A stretch of 64,000 nucleotides of DNA from an uncultured Gemmatimonadales bacterium (GTDB lineage Bacteria; Gemmatimonadota; Gemmatimonadetes; Gemmatimonadales; GWC2-71-9). Positions 59,452-64,000 of this stretch are shown piece by piece. The notes under the pieces are model-generated. The model searched no databases, had not been told where the DNA came from, and was given only the letters and a program-made list of their open reading frames with translations. Positions within the stretch are counted from its first letter, which is position 1; every line of letters begins with the position of its first letter. The position numbers were made by a program, and so were the translations under genes. The DNA lies in NCBI GenBank assembly GCA_963826065.1, contig CAWGVP010000006.1, positions 213,961-277,960 on the forward strand. Reading direction: 5' to 3'.

Positions 59452-60696
59452 ATGGACACGGCCACAATCCTTCATGCGGACCTGGACGCGTTTTACGCTT
59501 CGGTCGAACAGATGCTCGAGCCGTCCCTCAGGGGGAAGCCGATCGCGGTAGGGGGCGGTGTGGTGCTCGCGGCGTCGTATGAAGCGAGAGCCTTCGGCGT
59601 CCACGGCGGCATGCCGGGTCGGTGGGCGCGGGCGCTTTGCCCCGACCTGATCTTCGTCGGCGGTCACTTCAAGGAATACCAACGGCTCGGCGACGCCGCG
59701 ATCAGGGTACTGGGCGACTTCACGCCGCTGGTCGAGCGGATCTCGATCGACGAGGCTTTCGCCGACGTCGCGGGCTGCACGCACCTCTTCGGCACGCCGG
59801 CCGAGATCGCCGCGGCGATCCGCCGACGCGTGCGCGATGAACTGGCCCTTCCCATCTCCGTCGGCGTCGCCAGCACGAAACACCTCGCCAAGATCGCCTC
59901 CCAAGTCGCCAAGCCCGACGGGCTGGTCGTCGTCGACCCCGGGGCCGAGCTCGCCTTCCTTCATGATTTGCCGGTGGAGATGATGTGGGGCGTCGGCCCG
60001 GCGACCAGAGCGCGACTCGCCGAAAGGGGAATCGCTACCATCGGCGACCTGGCGAAGAGTACCCCAGGCGCGCTTGCTCGGCTTCTCGGCGGTGCTGCGG
60101 GTGAAAGGCTGGCCGCCCTCGCCTGGAACCGAGACCCTCGCGCCATCCGGATCCATGTCCACGCCCACTCGGCCGGAGCGCAATCGGCGCTCGGCCGAAG
60201 GCCCGTCGGGGACCCGATCATCCGCCCGGCGCTCCGCCACCTTGCCGACCGGGTCGGCTCGCGCCTGCGGGCGAAGGGCAAGTCCGGGCGGACCGTGACG
60301 GTGCGGGTGCGCTTCGGCGATCTCCGCTCGGTTACCCACGCCGTGACGCTGCCGCAACCCGTCGCCGCGACTGCAATTCTCGCTGAGATCGCCGAGGACC
60401 TGGTGCGAGCCGTCCTCAGGAGCTATCCCGAAGAGCGCGCGATCTCTCTACTTGCGATCTCGGTATCGCATATCGAGGAGCAGGCGGCGGTGCAACTCGA
60501 TCTGCCGCTCGGCGTGGCCGACGAGGCGCGGCGCCCCGGTGCCAGGAGAGGGATGGCGCGCCTCCTCACCGACCGCGCTATCGACGCGATCCGTGACCGT
60601 TTCGGCTGGGAATCTGTCGGCTACGCCTCGGTCGCGCTCGACGCCCGCCGATCCGTTCCCGACGCCTTCCGCGAGCTGGCTGAGCGGCAGTTGTAG
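59452..60696 (+). CDS. dinB: DNA polymerase IV (Y-family)
   Basis: ILHADLDAFYASVE, ASYEARAFGV, SIDEAF, AKIAS..AKPDG, WGVG. Confidence 0.95.
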   Translation: MDTATILHADLDAFYASVEQMLEPSLRGKPIAVGGGVVLAASYEARAFGVHGGMPGRWARALCPDLIFVGGHFKEYQRLGDAAIRVLGDFTPLVERISIDEAFADVAGCTHLFGTPAEIAAAIRRRVRDELALPISVGVASTKHLAKIASQVAKPDGLVVVDPGAELAFLHDLPVEMMWGVGPATRARLAERGIATIGDLAKSTPGALARLLGGAAGERLAALAWNRDPRAIRIHVHAHSAGAQSALGRRPVGDPIIRPALRHLADRVGSRLRAKGKSGRTVTVRVRFGDLRSVTHAVTLPQPVAATAILAEIAEDLVRAVLRSYPEERAISLLAISVSHIEEQAAVQLDLPLGVADEARRPGARRGMARLLTDRAIDAIRDRFGWESVGYASVALDARRSVPDAFRELAERQL

Positions 60697-61049
60697 GGAC
60701 CAGGCCGGCGTGTGGAACTGTTCCATGACGCGCCAATCTGTGGCGTCATTCCCCCTACTCCCTCTTCCGCCGGAACGGGGCTCGGTGGGTTGGCTCCCCT
60801 CTCCTCTCGTCCCACTTCGCGCCACCCGCGTAGTCCCCGTGGTAGCCGTCAGCCGCAGCTAGTTACCGCCGGAATCTCGGACCTATAAACCGGGCTCCCA
60901 AACGCCGAGCGCCCGCCCCTGAGAGTGCCCTCGGCATTGATGGGGTGGGGCATCGCCCTCCGCACCGGGCATGCTTCTCACGCGATACTGCCGCACGAGG
61001 GCGCAAACGCATGGTCAATCAGCGCTGCCGGACTGAGGTGGACGACACG

Positions 61050-63422
61050 TTATCGTAACCCTAGCGCCTGCAGCAGCGCCGCATATCGTGGGTGCGAGCG
61101 CAAAGGGTCGAATGTTGGATAAAAGATGGATTCAGCGATCCATCCATCGTGTTCGGCGACGGCCCGATCCAGGTGATCGAACGCGCGTTCGTCCTGGCCC
61201 AATCCCATATGGACCATGGCGAGCACCGTCGGCGGTACGTGCTCGCGACGTGAGCGCCCTTCGAGCTCGACCAACAACCGCTGGGCCTCGCTCTCCTGGC
61301 CCGCCACGGCATAGGCGTACGCGAGATACGCCACGTCCAACGCGTTGCGACCCCTGAGTTCCACTGCCTGTTGGAACTCGCCGACGGCTTCCGCCAGCCG
61401 ACCCTGCTCGACGTATACCCGCCCCAGCGTGACGCGAGCGCCGGCAAACGCCGGGTCCGCCCGAAGCACCTGCTGGAGCTGCGTGACGGCCTCGTCATTC
61501 CGGCGGAGTGCGTAGAGCGCCCGTCCGACCTCGGTGCCGATCTGCCGCGAGAGTGGGTCGAGCGCCTGGGCGCGCCGAAGCTCCTGTAAGTACCCTTCCA
61601 GGTCTCCCCGTCCGCCGAGGAAGTCGCCGTACCAGTGATGCGCGGTCGGGTAACGCGGGTTCAGTGCGATCGCCCGCCGGAACCCCTCCTCGGCCCCCCG
61701 CCAATCCGAATCGAACAGGAATTTGCCGTAGGAGAGCGTGGTATGGGCCTCCGCCAGGGTGCTGTCGAGCGCCAGCGCCCGCTCCGCGGCCGCCCGGCCC
61801 TTCGGCCATGCTTCCGACGACTTGGTCACGCTGTAACCCGGCAGCAGCACATAAGCGTCGGCCAGCCCGGCATAGGCCCGCGCAAAGCGCGGATCGCGCG
61901 CGATGGCCTGCTCGAAGTAGGCCACCGCCTGCACCAGGGATCCACTGCTACGTTGGTTTACGGCGTGCAGTCCCTTGAGGTAGTGATCATACGCCGCGAG
62001 GTCGGCGGTCGGACGGACCACCATCGCGGTCTCCTCACCGCGGAGCTTCACCCTGAGTGCGCCTACGATCGCCTGGGCGATCTCCTCCTGTACGGCGAAG
62101 ACGTCCCGCAGGTCGCGGTCATAGGCCTCTGCCCACAGGTGATATCCGTCTTTGACGTTGATGAGCTGAGCGGTAACCCGAAGCCGGTCACCCGCCAGAC
62201 GCACGCTCCCCTCCAGGACAGTCCCCACCCTGAGTTGGCGCCCGATCTGGCTCACGCTCTCACTCTTGCCCTTGAAGGCGAACGCGGACGTGCGGGCGGC
62301 TACCTGGAGTCCCTCGACCTTGCTCAGGGCGGTAATGATCTCCTCGGTCATCCCATCGGAGAAGTACTCGTTCGCCCCGTCCGGGCTCATGTTCGCGAAG
62401 GGGAGAACGGCGATCGCAGTTGGTTGGGCCGGCAGGTCTGGGGCTGTGGGCCCTCTGACGACCACACCCAAAAGGGCGATCGCGCCGAGAACCAGGACTC
62501 CGATGATGCCGAAAACAACCCACCGGCGACGCGGGCTTGCGAGTAGGCGTGACGATCCAGAAGTGGCGAAAAGCGGTACCGGTTCCGGCGGTGGAGCGGG
62601 TACGTGGGGCGGTGGCACCGTGACTGTCGGCCCCGGCTCGACCGGTCCGGCTTTGCCGGCGGGCTGATCGGGGAGGGTAGCCTGGGAGGGCGTAGTCGCC
62701 AGCTGCCTCGTCCTGACGGCCTCGATCGCGGCCAGGGTTTCTGGCGCGGGATCGACCTCATATTCAACGCGCAACCGGCGAGCAAACGCCTCGTAGGCCT
62801 GGACGGCGCCCGCCCGGTCACCCAACCGACCCAGCAGTTCGATGAGGTTCCGGGCCTCGCGCTCGTCATCCGGGGCGAGCGTGAAGGCGCGCCGGGCCCA
62901 GTGGCCCGCGGCCAGCGGGTCGCCTCGAGCCTCCTCGCGCTGGGCCAGCGTGGCGGCCGCCCGCGCCGCCCGACGGCGCAGCCATACTCGTTCCTCCTCC
63001 AGCCAGCGCTCGAACTCCCCGCCGCCCGAGACGTGGAAGCCCTCCAGCAGATCGCCCCGATACAGCCCCAGCGCCCGGCCGAGGTCGTCCGCCACGACCG
63101 CCGCCTCGAACTCCACCGCGTCGCACGAGATTGCTCGGAAGTCGATGCCGATCTCCCCATCACCCCGGCTTGGCAGGGCCTCCTTGCCCAACGCGCTTCT
63201 CAGATGATGGAGCGCCTGGTTGAGGGCGGAGCGGGCGTGCTGGTCGTCCAGCTCGGGCCAGAGGAGAGCGAGAAGCGTGTCGCGGCGGTGAAAGCCGCGG
63301 GGCCGGGCGATGGCGAGGTAGGCGAGGAGGGCGACTCGCTTCGGCTGGGCGAGAATCGCGCGGAGGTCCTCGCCCTTGGGGTCCCGCAGGACGAGTCTTC
63401 CGAGCGCGCGGAGCTCAATCAT
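61050..63422 (-). CDS. SARP/BTAD-type transcriptional activator with TM, TolB_N and TPR repeats
   Basis: QPKRVALLAYLA...RRDTL...LWPE, YRGDLLEG, P.PET; IAVLPFANMS...YFSDGMTEE; TPRs. Confidence 0.92.
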   Translation of the reverse strand: MIELRALGRLVLRDPKGEDLRAILAQPKRVALLAYLAIARPRGFHRRDTLLALLWPELDDQHARSALNQALHHLRSALGKEALPSRGDGEIGIDFRAISCDAVEFEAAVVADDLGRALGLYRGDLLEGFHVSGGGEFERWLEEERVWLRRRAARAAATLAQREEARGDPLAAGHWARRAFTLAPDDEREARNLIELLGRLGDRAGAVQAYEAFARRLRVEYEVDPAPETLAAIEAVRTRQLATTPSQATLPDQPAGKAGPVEPGPTVTVPPPHVPAPPPEPVPLFATSGSSRLLASPRRRWVVFGIIGVLVLGAIALLGVVVRGPTAPDLPAQPTAIAVLPFANMSPDGANEYFSDGMTEEIITALSKVEGLQVAARTSAFAFKGKSESVSQIGRQLRVGTVLEGSVRLAGDRLRVTAQLINVKDGYHLWAEAYDRDLRDVFAVQEEIAQAIVGALRVKLRGEETAMVVRPTADLAAYDHYLKGLHAVNQRSSGSLVQAVAYFEQAIARDPRFARAYAGLADAYVLLPGYSVTKSSEAWPKGRAAAERALALDSTLAEAHTTLSYGKFLFDSDWRGAEEGFRRAIALNPRYPTAHHWYGDFLGGRGDLEGYLQELRRAQALDPLSRQIGTEVGRALYALRRNDEAVTQLQQVLRADPAFAGARVTLGRVYVEQGRLAEAVGEFQQAVELRGRNALDVAYLAYAYAVAGQESEAQRLLVELEGRSRREHVPPTVLAMVHMGLGQDERAFDHLDRAVAEHDGWIAESIFYPTFDPLRSHPRYAALLQALGLR

Positions 63423-63564
63423 GTGAGGAGAGTCACCTGATGTCGCAGTTACCGGACGGATAACTCAGAGATGAGTCCGGGATCACTGCACCGCCTCAAC
63501 ATAGCCTTTCGAACGTGGGGTCTCAAATGCCGGCGGGCTCCCTTGCACGAGTTCAGGTTCGGCG

Positions 63565-63740
63565 CTCGTGGTGCTGAGCCTGCTCGGGTGTGCCGCCGGG
63601 CGTGCGGCGGTGGCCGCCGACCCGGATGCCGACCTGCTCACCGCGGCGGAGCTGGCAGTGCCTCGGAGGTCTCGGTCTACGAGGCGGTGCGGCGGCCGCG
63701 CCCCCGTTTCCTCCGGAGCGGCCCGAGCATGCAAACTCGG
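63565..63740 (+). pseudogene. Probable frameshifted small lipoprotein remnant
   Basis: One frame gives lipobox LLGC...DLLTAAEL; another continues SVYEAVRRPRPRFLR; boundaries approximate. Confidence 0.45.
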
Positions 63741-63862
63741 ACCCCGAACAGCCGCTGGCTGCGACCGGCTCCAGCTTCCCGTGACAACCCAAAAGCACGG
63801 CAACCCGCCCTTGTTCACCCCGGAAGCCCTTCGTTCACATGTCCTTACTACTCGGAGGCCCT

Positions 63863-64000
63863 ATGCGTCGTTTACTCCTTTTCAGCACCGGCGCGCTAGT
63901 TAGCGCACTCGGGCTCGGCTGCTCTGACGGTCGCGCCCCCACGGATCCCAGCGCTCCGGCCGCGATTGACCCCGCCTCGCTGAAGAAGGCCGCGGCGCCG
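63863..64000 (+). CDS. Lipoprotein, 3'-partial (not in the ORF track)
   Basis: RBS GGAGG, ATG 63863, MRRLLLFSTGALVSALGLG-C lipobox; open to the window end. Confidence 0.75.
   Translation, partial: MRRLLLFSTGALVSALGLGCSDGRAPTDPSAPAAIDPASLKKAAAP

Noticed and set aside
60697-61049. Intergenic region after dinB (imperfect hairpin near 60725-60749, short ORFs) as an ncRNA or gene
   Set aside because: No recognisable RNA family motif or coding signature

Overview
High-GC bacterial chromosomal segment. Its gene content (kinase-TolB_N-TPR proteins, BTAD regulator, DUF4384 protein, TonB-dependent receptor) suggests Gemmatimonadota; this is an inference. About 50 CDS and two tRNAs (Ala-CGC, Gln-CTG). 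Housekeeping genes include nadE, mlaEFD, rnz, a short mutY-like gene and dinB. Other loci: an MntR/DtxR-controlled metal operon (mntH, two-domain multicopper oxidase, ZIP transporter, OM channel) followed by an ABC cluster; an N6-adenine methyltransferase + SNF2-like helicase pair; a CarH-like B12 regulator with 11-bp-periodic operator repeats; and an island-like region after the tRNAs with two paralogous Ser/Thr kinases around a TonB-dependent receptor. The most striking signal is a dispersed REP-like family (TGTCA-YCCT-GA-GC-GNA-GC-GA-AGGR; 10 arms at 5 loci) with compensatory base changes in a small hairpin. One arm lies in frame inside nadE, three supply stop codons, and one inverted pair frames a 100-aa GIY-YIG nuclease gene. 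This suggests a candidate GIY-YIG-associated repeat system analogous to RAYT/REP.
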